64,000 nt of DNA, taken from contig JALEGL010000012.1 in the NCBI GenBank assembly GCA_022763185.1, positions 65,546-129,545 on the forward strand. The letters run 5' to 3'. Below the pieces are notes generated by a model. That model worked only from the letters and a program-made list of their open reading frames with translations, did not search any database and was not told the origin of the DNA. The stretch comes from a bacterium. Lineage in GTDB: Bacteria > Bdellovibrionota_G > JALEGL01. Positions 49,547 through 58,871 of this stretch are shown here, piece after piece (the stretch's first letter is position 1; the number at the start of each line of letters is the position of its first letter). A program made the translations under genes and the position numbers.

Positions 49547-50701
49547 TTAAAACCGTTTATTGTACATCAAGCCAATAAAATGAGTATCGGTTTTGCTGGT
49601 AATATTGGTAAAGCTTTGTTCAACTCTAGTTACCGTACCTGTAAAAGCACTTTCAATTCTATGAAAACTATAGCGTAAAGATAAGCTACCAAAATTAGAA
49701 TCATACATGACATCCAATTTGGGCATGTAACCCATAGACTGAGCATCAGCCTGGCCAGAAGTGCCTTCAGGATCTTCAGCATAATTTTGCATCAAGACGG
49801 CATTGATCGCCAAGTTTACTGTGATATCAGGTGTTGCTTTGTAAGCCAGAGTGGGGCCAACAACGATACCTGTTGCTGTGTAACTGTTGTAAAGGCCAAT
49901 AGGATCGTTATTAATATCAACTATATCATCACCCATGAAACTGAAATAACGATAACCAAGCATTAAACCAGCTGTGGTCTGTGGATTTATATCTTTTTCT
50001 ATTTGTAAACCTGGAACAAGGTGAAAGGCCATATTGTTTTGAGTTCTTTTGCTAAAAACACTGCCCGTGCCATCTTGTAAGTTGGTTTTAGATGAGTAAA
50101 AAGCAAAGTTTCCATCAAGCAAAAGTTTTACTCGCATGTCACTATTGGCACTTTCCCAAGCGCTGTAAGCAAGGTTTACTTGAGCACTGGGCCCTAAAAA
50201 AGCATAGGCAAAAGCTTGTGTGTCTGAACTTACGTCGTAAGCATAGTAAGAACCACCTAAACCGGCTTGCACCAACAACTTAGAGTCACTGGTGTTGGCT
50301 GAAGGACGTTTATAGTTTGAACGATTGGCCGTAGAAGAAGATGGCTTTTTTCTAGGAGGCGGTGAATACCTTGGAGGAGCTGGCCTGCGAGGTGGTGCAG
50401 AGTACCGTGGTTGTGAACTTCTTGGGCGTTGCTTGGAGAGACTACCTTTAGCAACCCAACCACTTTTAACTTGTCCATTGGATGATTTGTATGAAATTAA
50501 ATACCAGTTGCCTTGTGTTTTTCTGTAGGCAACTTTTGTCCCTTGTCGTAACGCTGCAATGTTACGTGCTTGACTATTGGCCGCACTTTTTACATAGACT
50601 TTAGCCTGCTTAATGTAGGCATATGTCGCTGCTTGAACAGGTAAAGATAAAATAAGAATAGATGAAAAGAAAAGAGTGAAAGCCGTAAGTTGTTTTTTCA
50701 T
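49547..50701 (-). CDS. SH3b domain, Pro/Arg linker and outer-membrane beta-barrel
   Basis: Signal peptide VQA; GNWY...SGWV SH3b motif; PRYSxPPR repeat; terminal YNKRF. Confidence 0.7.
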   Translation of the reverse strand: MKKQLTAFTLFFSSILILSLPVQAATYAYIKQAKVYVKSAANSQARNIAALRQGTKVAYRKTQGNWYLISYKSSNGQVKSGWVAKGSLSKQRPRSSQPRYSAPPRRPAPPRYSPPPRKKPSSSTANRSNYKRPSANTSDSKLLVQAGLGGSYYAYDVSSDTQAFAYAFLGPSAQVNLAYSAWESANSDMRVKLLLDGNFAFYSSKTNLQDGTGSVFSKRTQNNMAFHLVPGLQIEKDINPQTTAGLMLGYRYFSFMGDDIVDINNDPIGLYNSYTATGIVVGPTLAYKATPDITVNLAINAVLMQNYAEDPEGTSGQADAQSMGYMPKLDVMYDSNFGSLSLRYSFHRIESAFTGTVTRVEQSFTNITSKTDTHFIGLMYNKRF

Positions 50702-50783
50702 AGTATCACTTAATTATAGCAAAGTTCTGCAGAGGCTAAAAACTTTAATTGATTTTGTAAAATTAACACTGTGCTTTAAATTA

Positions 50784-50799
50784 AGCAAAACAAATGCCA
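50784..50799 (-). promoter_or_regulatory. Sigma-54 promoter at the head of the 50.7-39 kb minus-strand gene run
   Basis: Minus strand TGGCATTTGTTTTGCT (GG-N10-GC). Confidence 0.72.
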
Positions 50800-50927
50800 A
50801 ATAAATTAAAGCCTAAGTTATGATTTATACAATATTTAGGTGACTATAAATCCTATACTGTATATTTTTTGCGTAAAAAATTGTTCCATTTTATGATTAA
50901 GCAGAAGTCACTAATCCTACAACAATT

Positions 50928-52187
50928 GTGAAAAAAAATATTATGGCCAAGTTAAGCACACAACATCTATCAAAGTCTGAGGTTCGTCTTTTGTTTTTAA
51001 TAGCTCAGGGCTTTGCAGATAAACAAAAAATTAAACAGACCGGTCAAGAACTTAAACAAAGTCAGTTTAAAGCCATGATGGCAAAGTTGCATGTTTTGCA
51101 ACTCGATGCCATCCCAATTGTTGCTCGAGCTCAATATATTCCTGCATTTTCTCGCATAGGTCCATACCACAATCAATGGTTGGATGAGCTAGCCTATCAA
51201 AAAGATCAGTGGTTTGAATGTTGGGCGCATGAAGCTTCACTAGTACCGGTTGAATATGAACCACTATTTCGTTGGTCAAAAGAGCGCGTGAAAGAGGGCT
51301 ATACTTGGAAGTCATTGTACCGTTTTGCAACACAAGAAGAAAAGTACATTAAAGATGTATATGCGCAATTAAAAGAGAGAGGAAGACTAAGAGCCAAAGA
51401 TATATTAGATCAGCAAAAATTACCTAAGAGTACATGGGGTCATTATTCTTATGCAGCTAAAGCTTTAGATTGGTTATTTCGTACGGGACGTGCAGGTATA
51501 AGGCGAGTTGGGAACTTTGAAAAAGAGTTTGATTGTTTAGACAATATTGTTCCAAACAATATCTACCGGCAAAAAACACCGTCAGTTGAAAAAGCAATAA
51601 AGCAGTTGTTGCTTTTATCTGTACAAGCTTTAGCAGTAGGAACAGAGGACGAAATTGTTGACTATTTTAGATTGCCACCCAAGCTTGCTAAGCCTTACTT
51701 AAAAGAATTGTGTGAAGATAAAAAATTGCAACAATGGCAGGTAGAGTCCTGGAAAAAACCAGCCTATGCTTTACCAAAGTTAAATAATAATATTGACAAT
51801 TCTAGCGATCATATGACAGCTCTTCTGTCTCCTTTTGATCCAGTTGTTTGGCATAGATCAAGAACCGAAAGACTGTTTGATTTTTTCTATAGAATAGAAA
51901 TTTATGTTCCAAAAGAAAAAAGAAAGTGGGGCTATTATGTGCTTCCATTTTTAATGAACGGAGATTTAGTTGCTAGAGTTGATCTTAAGGCTGATAGAAC
52001 AACACATACTTTATGGGTGCCTGGAGCATTTATGGAAAATGAGGTTAAGAAAACAGATGTTGCGCTTGCTTTAGCGATTGAATTGAAACAAATGTTGTTG
52101 TGGTTAAACCTAAATACAATTACGGTTGGTGATAAAGGTGAATTGGCCCAGCCTTTAAAGCGAGCCGTTAAAAATCTTAAGCTATAG
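50928..52187 (+). CDS. ycaQ: YcaQ/AlkZ-family crosslink-repair DNA glycosylase (HTH_42)
   Basis: LQLD, WAHEAS, LLSPFDPVVW and EIYVP...RKWGYY motifs. Confidence 0.9.
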   Translation: MKKNIMAKLSTQHLSKSEVRLLFLIAQGFADKQKIKQTGQELKQSQFKAMMAKLHVLQLDAIPIVARAQYIPAFSRIGPYHNQWLDELAYQKDQWFECWAHEASLVPVEYEPLFRWSKERVKEGYTWKSLYRFATQEEKYIKDVYAQLKERGRLRAKDILDQQKLPKSTWGHYSYAAKALDWLFRTGRAGIRRVGNFEKEFDCLDNIVPNNIYRQKTPSVEKAIKQLLLLSVQALAVGTEDEIVDYFRLPPKLAKPYLKELCEDKKLQQWQVESWKKPAYALPKLNNNIDNSSDHMTALLSPFDPVVWHRSRTERLFDFFYRIEIYVPKEKRKWGYYVLPFLMNGDLVARVDLKADRTTHTLWVPGAFMENEVKKTDVALALAIELKQMLLWLNLNTITVGDKGELAQPLKRAVKNLKL

Positions 52188-52352
52188 GTTGACTAACGTG
52201 ACAAATTAATGGGGCTGATTTGTGTTAATTTGTTGGAAGAAAAAAGGTTTCTACGCGCTAAGGGCTTTGTTTGGCCATGGGAAACAACAAAAACTGGGTA
52301 AAACAATTCTTTTTTTAGTTATCATTTTGTAAACTTAGCGGCATATAAAAAG

Positions 52353-55300
52353 TTAAACTGAAAAATATTTTGCCTGTGGATGGTGGAAGACGATGGCACT
52401 TACGCTGGCTTCTGGATCCATCATGCAATCTTCAGTCAGCTCAATATTGATGCGTTCCGGTTTTAGCAGCTTGAATAATTTTTTTTGATCATCCAGGTCA
52501 GGGCAGGCCGGGTAACCAAAAGAGTAACGTTTACCTTGATACTTGGCTTGAAAAAGTTCTTTTAAGCTAAAGCTGTTTTTTTCGATCCCCCAATTTTGTC
52601 GAATGGTTTGATGAACATACTCAGCCAGGGCTTCAGCCATTTCTAAATTGAGGGCAAACAAGATATGAGATTTTAAATAGTCTCCACTTTCTTTCCAAGC
52701 GATGGCTTGCTCGCGTGCTTGATTGCCTAAACTGCAAATAAACAGTGCGCAGGTATCATAAGGTTTTTCTGACTTTACATAATCTGAAAGGCAGAGACCA
52801 TCGCCTTTACTTTGCCTCGGAAAGGTAAAGCGCTCAATACACTTTTGCTCCTCGTCATAAAACTCTATACTGTTTTTATTTTTTAAACATTGGAAGTCAT
52901 GGATAATATACTGCGGTTTAAACAAACGCTGTTCTTTGGCATAGCTGTAGACTGATTCAACACTTTCTTTTAGTTCTATGGATTTAGCTTTAAGTTCTAC
53001 AGTGTTGTCCTTGGCTTTAAAGATAGAAAAGAGCTGATCTACTTGTGAGTTGGGTAAGCCTAAATGCCTTCCATACAACATTCTTGGATTGATGAAGTCT
53101 TTAATGCTATCCAAATCCTGTACGGTATGAACATCCTGTTTAAAATGTTGAGGATCGGGGATATATCCTGCATCTGAAAGAGACGCAGCTACAACGGTGT
53201 TATCAGCAGTGCTCGTGTTTTGAGTTAAGGTGCTCTCTGAAGAAAGCGGTTTAGATTTGTCTGGAAGCGTTTTTTCATTTAAGGCATCTTTGCATAAGGT
53301 CAAACCGGTCATAGCATCTTTAGCATAATACACATGGCCATCGTAATTGGGGGCTATTTTTTCAGTAGTGAACTTGTTGGACAATGCAGCGCCGCCCACC
53401 AAGAGAGGGGTGTTGATGTTTTCGCGCTGAAGATCAGAGGCCGTGATGGCCATCTGTTGCGCTGATTTAACCAGCAAACCAGATAAACCAATTATGGAGG
53501 GTTTGTGTTTTTTGTAAGCATCAATCAATTCTTGTGAGGTCACCTTAATGCCTAAATTGATGACCTTATATCCATTGTTGGATAAAATAATATCAACCAG
53601 GTTTTTACCGATATCATGAACATCTCCTTTAACCGTGGCCAACATGACGGTATCCTGACTGACAGCGTCTGTTTTATCCATAAACTGTTCAAGATGATCA
53701 ACCGCTGTTTTCATGACTTCTGCGCTTTGCAAGACTTCTGCTACAATCAGTTCATTGTTATTGAACAAACGTCCCACTTCGTTCATGCCAGTCATCAAAG
53801 GACCATTGATGATGTCCATGGCTTTTTGTTCTTTTAGTTTCAGATCAAGGCGTTCAATCAAGTGTTCTTTGCTGCCGTCAATAATAGCAAAAGCCAAGTG
53901 TTCATCTAAACTGCGCTTGGATTGATCTTGTCTTGTTGATGCCGTTTTCTTTTTTCTGTAAAAGTTTGCAAAAGCATCAATGAAATGTTGTTCGCCACTC
54001 CACAGCAAATCTTCGGCTAATTTTTTTTCTTTTTGATCAATACTGGCATAACGCTGTAACATCTGAGTGTTGACCAAAGCCAAATCCAAACCGGCTTTAC
54101 TACAATGGTATAAAAATACTGCATTGAGGACTTCTCTTCCCGCAGCAGGTAAGCCAAAAGAAATATTAGATATACCTAAAGCTGTTTTTGTATTGGGGAA
54201 GCGTTGTTTCAATTCCGTCAGAGCTTGAACCGTGGCTTTAGCTGAGGCTAAATAATTTTCATCTCCAGTGGCACAGGGAAATACCAAAGGGTCCCAATAA
54301 ATATCGTAAGGGCTAATCTTAAAGTCTTGCGTCAAAATTTTATAAGATTTTTCAGCGATCTCAACTTTTCTTTCAAGACTGATTCCCATACCTTGCTTGG
54401 GATCGTCATCAATAGTCCCAACTATTAAGGCTGCACCATATTTTTTAGCCAAAGGAACAATGTTTTCAAAGCGTTCTAAACCATCTTCTAGGTTAATAGA
54501 GTTGATCACGGCTTTGCCCTGACATTGCTTTAAAGCATACTCAATAACTTGGGCATCGGTTGAGTCAATCATCCAGGGCGCGCGCAGGGTTTTATTGACA
54601 TAAACCAAAAAGTTTTTCATGTCGTTCAGCTCATCTCGATCAGGGTTGGCTAAGCAAATATCAATGATATCAGCGCCAGATTTAACTTGTTGTCTGGGAA
54701 TTTCAGCAGCCTGCTCAAAGTTTTCTGACTCAATGAGTTTTTTAAACTTTCGACTGCCAATAATATTACTGCGTTCACCCACCAAAATGGGAAGCTTATC
54801 ATCAGTGATATCTAAAAAATTGATGCCCGATAGGTGGTGTATTGACTTGGTAATGTTGTGTCTGGGATTGGGATTGTGTTGATCCAATAAAACTCTTAGA
54901 GCTTTAATGTGCTGGTAGTTGGTACCACAACAGCCACCCATGACATTGATCCAAGCGTTATCCATAAAAAATTTAATTTTTTCTGCCAATTGCTGGGGAT
55001 CAAGTGTGTATTGGCCCTCTTCATTAGGCAAGCCTGCATTAGGGATACAGGCTATAGGTGTTTGGGATAAGTCATGAAGCGCGCGCAAATGATCGGTCAT
55101 GAAGTCGGGTCCAGTTGCACAGTTTAAACCAATATATAAAAGGGGGAGGTGAGCTACACTCGACCAAAAAGCTTCAATACTTTGCCCGGCCAATGTTGTT
55201 CCCATGGTTTCTATGGTGGCGCTGATGGCAATAGGCCGTTTAAGACTTGGGTCTTTTTCAAATAAATTCAAAGCTGCGCTTAAACCTGCTTTAAGATTGC

Positions 55301-55808
55301 GCATGTCTTGTACGGTCTCAAACAACAAATAATCAACACCGCCATCAATCAAAGCTTTTATTTGCTGGAAATACTGTTGTTGCAATTCATCAAATTCAAT
55401 GCCACCGGTGACCGACAAAGATTTTGTGCTGGGCCCTAAAGAACCGGCAACAAATCTAGGCTGTTCTGATGTAGAAAAACCTAAAGCGGCTTTTTTAGCA
55501 ATTTGAGCCGCGGTAAAATTAATATCATAGGCCTTTTTACCCAAAGAAAATTCATCTAAAACAAATTCTAAACCACCAAAAGTATTGGTTTCAATGATAT
55601 CTGCACCAGCATTGAGATAGTTTTTATGAATCTGAAGAATTTTCTCTGGAGCTGTTAAGCATAGGTTTTCATTGCACCCATAGTAATCTTCACCACCAAA
55701 ATCGGCAGCATTAAGGTTTAAGTCTTGAATGGCAGTTCCCATGGCTCCATCTAAAAGGAGAATATTTTGTGTAAGACGATGTTGTATTCTGCTCATGAGT
55801 GCCGGCAA
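52353..55808 (-). CDS. metH: Cobalamin-dependent methionine synthase
   Basis: LDGAMGT, GLNCA, GGCCGT, GDVHDIGKN and GYPACPD motifs. Confidence 0.96.
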   Translation of the reverse strand: MPALMSRIQHRLTQNILLLDGAMGTAIQDLNLNAADFGGEDYYGCNENLCLTAPEKILQIHKNYLNAGADIIETNTFGGLEFVLDEFSLGKKAYDINFTAAQIAKKAALGFSTSEQPRFVAGSLGPSTKSLSVTGGIEFDELQQQYFQQIKALIDGGVDYLLFETVQDMRNLKAGLSAALNLFEKDPSLKRPIAISATIETMGTTLAGQSIEAFWSSVAHLPLLYIGLNCATGPDFMTDHLRALHDLSQTPIACIPNAGLPNEEGQYTLDPQQLAEKIKFFMDNAWINVMGGCCGTNYQHIKALRVLLDQHNPNPRHNITKSIHHLSGINFLDITDDKLPILVGERSNIIGSRKFKKLIESENFEQAAEIPRQQVKSGADIIDICLANPDRDELNDMKNFLVYVNKTLRAPWMIDSTDAQVIEYALKQCQGKAVINSINLEDGLERFENIVPLAKKYGAALIVGTIDDDPKQGMGISLERKVEIAEKSYKILTQDFKISPYDIYWDPLVFPCATGDENYLASAKATVQALTELKQRFPNTKTALGISNISFGLPAAGREVLNAVFLYHCSKAGLDLALVNTQMLQRYASIDQKEKKLAEDLLWSGEQHFIDAFANFYRKKKTASTRQDQSKRSLDEHLAFAIIDGSKEHLIERLDLKLKEQKAMDIINGPLMTGMNEVGRLFNNNELIVAEVLQSAEVMKTAVDHLEQFMDKTDAVSQDTVMLATVKGDVHDIGKNLVDIILSNNGYKVINLGIKVTSQELIDAYKKHKPSIIGLSGLLVKSAQQMAITASDLQRENINTPLLVGGAALSNKFTTEKIAPNYDGHVYYAKDAMTGLTLCKDALNEKTLPDKSKPLSSESTLTQNTSTADNTVVAASLSDAGYIPDPQHFKQDVHTVQDLDSIKDFINPRMLYGRHLGLPNSQVDQLFSIFKAKDNTVELKAKSIELKESVESVYSYAKEQRLFKPQYIIHDFQCLKNKNSIEFYDEEQKCIERFTFPRQSKGDGLCLSDYVKSEKPYDTCALFICSLGNQAREQAIAWKESGDYLKSHILFALNLEMAEALAEYVHQTIRQNWGIEKNSFSLKELFQAKYQGKRYSFGYPACPDLDDQKKLFKLLKPERINIELTEDCMMDPEASVSAIVFHHPQAKYFSV

Positions 55809-55934
55809 CTATATCTGAGTTTTATCTTTTGATCTAATAAAATAACTTCAAAACAAAGGTCTCAGCCCTATTTATTTTGAACGTATACCCAAGACACATG
55901 GCTCTATTGGGTTTGGGTACACATCGTCAAAGAT

Positions 55935-56348
55935 TTAATTTTGTTTTTTAAGCAAGTCTCTAATTTCTTCAAGTAAAACTTCTTGCTTTGGGGGTGGGGT
56001 CGGCTTTGCTTCTTCTTCTTTCTTAAGTTTGTTCATTTGCCGAATCACTAAGAAAATTGAAAATGCAACGATGACAAAATTAACAACAGTGTTGGCAAAA
56101 GCACCGTAGGCAATAACAGGCGCCCCAGCTTCTTGTGCTGCAGCGAGTGTATCAAAGCTAGAACCATCTAGCGCAAAAAACATATCTGAAAAATCAACGC
56201 CACCCGTAAGTTGCCCAACAACAGGCATAATTAAATCATTAACAAACGATGTTACAATTTTACCAAAAGCTGCGCCAATAATAATACCTACAGCCATATC
56301 AACAACATTGCCCTTAACAGCGAAATCTTTAAATTCTTTTAACATCAT
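55935..56348 (-). CDS. mscL: Large-conductance mechanosensitive channel
   Basis: [20 protein letters not shown] and LLEEIRDLL motifs. Confidence 0.97.
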   Translation of the reverse strand: MMLKEFKDFAVKGNVVDMAVGIIIGAAFGKIVTSFVNDLIMPVVGQLTGGVDFSDMFFALDGSSFDTLAAAQEAGAPVIAYGAFANTVVNFVIVAFSIFLVIRQMNKLKKEEEAKPTPPPKQEVLLEEIRDLLKKQN

Positions 56349-56501
56349 ACCTCCAAATGGAAATTAAACCCTGTTGCTCTTATATCCAAATTTTTATAAG
56401 TGTAAAAGTAAAGAGTTCGTTTTTTACCAGAAAGAAAAATTATTGTTTTTCTTGATCCTAAGAGTTGACGAGCTTTGATTTTGCAGCTTTGATACAGAGT
56501 T

Positions 56502-58085
56502 GTGATTATTCAAAGTACAATCCATTCAGAATCAAAAGAATTTAAAGAAAATTACGCATACCACAAAGATCTTTGGCAAGACCATCAACAAAAATTAGAT
56601 GCCGTTGCCAAGGGTGGGGGCGAAACTTACTTAAAAAAACATCAAGCAAAAGGTAAGTTGTATGTCCGTGATAGAATTGCTTATTTAATTGATGAAGGCA
56701 GTAGTTTTTTAGAGCTTTCGCCCCTTGCCGCCTATGGTCAATATGACAATGCCGTAGCCAGCGCTGGTCTTGTCTGTGGTATTGGCAAAGTTAAGGGTAA
56801 CTCAGTCATGATTATTGCCAATGACGCTACGGTTAAAGGTGGAACGTACTTTCCACAAACGGTTAAAAAACACTTACGAGCTCAGGAAGTTGCTTTAGAG
56901 CATAAGTTGCCCTGTATTTATCTTGTTGATTCTGGTGGAGCATTTTTACCTCTGCAAGCAGAAGTCTTTCCCGATAAGCTGCATTTTGGCCGTATTTTTT
57001 ACAATCAAGCGCAAATGTCTGCTCAGGGAATAGCGCAAATAGCGTGTGTGATGGGGTCGTGTACGGCTGGTGGAGCCTATGTCCCAGCTATGAGTGATGA
57101 AACAGTGATTGTAAAAGGTCAAGGCACTATTTTTTTGGGAGGTCCTCCCTTGGTTAAAGCAGCCACCGGAGAAGATGTCACGGCAGAAGAATTGGGGGGT
57201 GGCGATGTGCATGCTAAAAAATCAGGTGTTGTGGATCATCTGGCCAAAGATGATCACGATGCCCTGGATAAAGTTAGGCAGATTGTAAGTCATTTGAATA
57301 TTAAAAAACATAAGCTGGTCATGAGGGATCAAGAACCTCTGTATGACAGTTCCAGCATATGGGGCGTCATACCCAAATCACCCAATACCAGCTATGATGT
57401 GCGTGAAGTGATTGCAAGACTTGTTGATCATAGTGAATTTGATGAGTTTAAAGCCTTGTATGGGACAACTTTGGTTTGTGGTTTTGCCAAGGTTTGGGGG
57501 CAAACAATAGGTATTGTGGCCAACAACGGTGTGCTGTTTTCACAAAGTGCTCAAAAAGGCGCGCATTTTATTGAGTTGTGTTGTCAAAGAAAAGTGCCTT
57601 TATTATTTTTGCAAAACATTACCGGCTTCATGGTGGGTAAAAGTTACGAAGAGGGTGGTATTGCCAAAGATGGTGCCAAGTTGGTCATGGCAGTATCTAA
57701 CGCTCAAGTCCCTAAATTTTCTGTTGTCATTGGAGGAAGTTTTGGCGCGGGTAATTATGGCATGTGTGGTAGAGCTTATGACCCCAACTTTTTATGGATG
57801 TGGCCCAATGCAAGAATATCGGTGATGGGAGGCCAACAGGCCGCCAATGTTCTGTGGACGCTCAAGCAAATGCAGGGCAAAGCCAAAGATTTCGATGAGG
57901 CCAGTTTTAAGCAACCGATTTTGGACAAATATGAAGCCGAAGGCTCACCTTATTACAGCACCTCTCGTTTATGGGACGATGGTATCATTGATCCAAGACA
58001 AACCAGAAATACTTTGGCTTTGGCCATAAACTTAAGTTTAGAAAACCCTATACCCGACACCCAATTTGGTGTTTTTAGAATGTGA
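56502..58085 (+). CDS. liuB: 3-methylcrotonyl-CoA carboxylase beta (carboxyltransferase) subunit
   Basis: [19 protein letters not shown] and [12 protein letters not shown] motifs. Confidence 0.9.
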   Translation: MIIQSTIHSESKEFKENYAYHKDLWQDHQQKLDAVAKGGGETYLKKHQAKGKLYVRDRIAYLIDEGSSFLELSPLAAYGQYDNAVASAGLVCGIGKVKGNSVMIIANDATVKGGTYFPQTVKKHLRAQEVALEHKLPCIYLVDSGGAFLPLQAEVFPDKLHFGRIFYNQAQMSAQGIAQIACVMGSCTAGGAYVPAMSDETVIVKGQGTIFLGGPPLVKAATGEDVTAEELGGGDVHAKKSGVVDHLAKDDHDALDKVRQIVSHLNIKKHKLVMRDQEPLYDSSSIWGVIPKSPNTSYDVREVIARLVDHSEFDEFKALYGTTLVCGFAKVWGQTIGIVANNGVLFSQSAQKGAHFIELCCQRKVPLLFLQNITGFMVGKSYEEGGIAKDGAKLVMAVSNAQVPKFSVVIGGSFGAGNYGMCGRAYDPNFLWMWPNARISVMGGQQAANVLWTLKQMQGKAKDFDEASFKQPILDKYEAEGSPYYSTSRLWDDGIIDPRQTRNTLALAINLSLENPIPDTQFGVFRM

Positions 58086-58091
58086 GCGTGA

Positions 58092-58871
58092 TTGATGTCA
58101 GCCGTAAATATTGAGCATAGCCAAACGCAAAGTCATATTATTTTAAATCGTCCTCAGCACAGCAATGCTTTAACTGAGGCCATGCTTTTAGAGTTAAGTG
58201 ATGCATTCAAAAACATTCCTAAGAGCTCTAAAATATTAACAATTTCTGCCAATGGAAAGCATTTTTGTGCCGGTGCAGATTTGAACTGGATGCGACAATC
58301 CAAAGACTTAAGTGAAGAAGAGAACCTTGCTTCAGCTGAAAATTTATTCAACATGTACTTGGCCTTGTATGAATGCCCCATACCTGTTGTAAGTCATGTT
58401 CATGGTGCTGTGATGGGTGGCGCTTTGGGTTTGGTTGCTTGTTCTGATATTGTCATTGCGCAAGACAATGCTTTTTTTAGTTTGAGTGAGGCCAAATTAG
58501 GCATTGTGCCGGCCACTATTTCTCCTTTTGTCATACAAAAAATAGGTTATTCACAGTTTTTAGCTTTGTCCTTGCAGGCTAGAAAGTTTTCGGCACCAGA
58601 AGCTTTGAATTTTGGCTTGGTTCATCAGTGCATTGCTGGGCAAGAGGAAAGTAAAAAAGTATTTTTAAAAACATGTGAAGACACTTTAAGTAACTCGCCC
58701 TATGCACTTAAAATCATTAAACAATTATCTAGGCAATATTTACCTTTAAAACCTGAAAATTTTGCTCAATATACATCCAAACTGATTGCGCAGTGTCGGG
58801 TATCTCATGATGGCCAGGAAGGTTTAAATGCATTTTTTGAAAAACGTAAGCCGCAGTGGAGTGAAGCATGA
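58092..58871 (+). CDS. liuC: Enoyl-CoA hydratase (methylglutaconyl-CoA hydratase)
   Basis: FCAGADLNWM and LSEAKLGIVPATI motifs; operon context. Confidence 0.85.
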   Translation: MMSAVNIEHSQTQSHIILNRPQHSNALTEAMLLELSDAFKNIPKSSKILTISANGKHFCAGADLNWMRQSKDLSEEENLASAENLFNMYLALYECPIPVVSHVHGAVMGGALGLVACSDIVIAQDNAFFSLSEAKLGIVPATISPFVIQKIGYSQFLALSLQARKFSAPEALNFGLVHQCIAGQEESKKVFLKTCEDTLSNSPYALKIIKQLSRQYLPLKPENFAQYTSKLIAQCRVSHDGQEGLNAFFEKRKPQWSEA

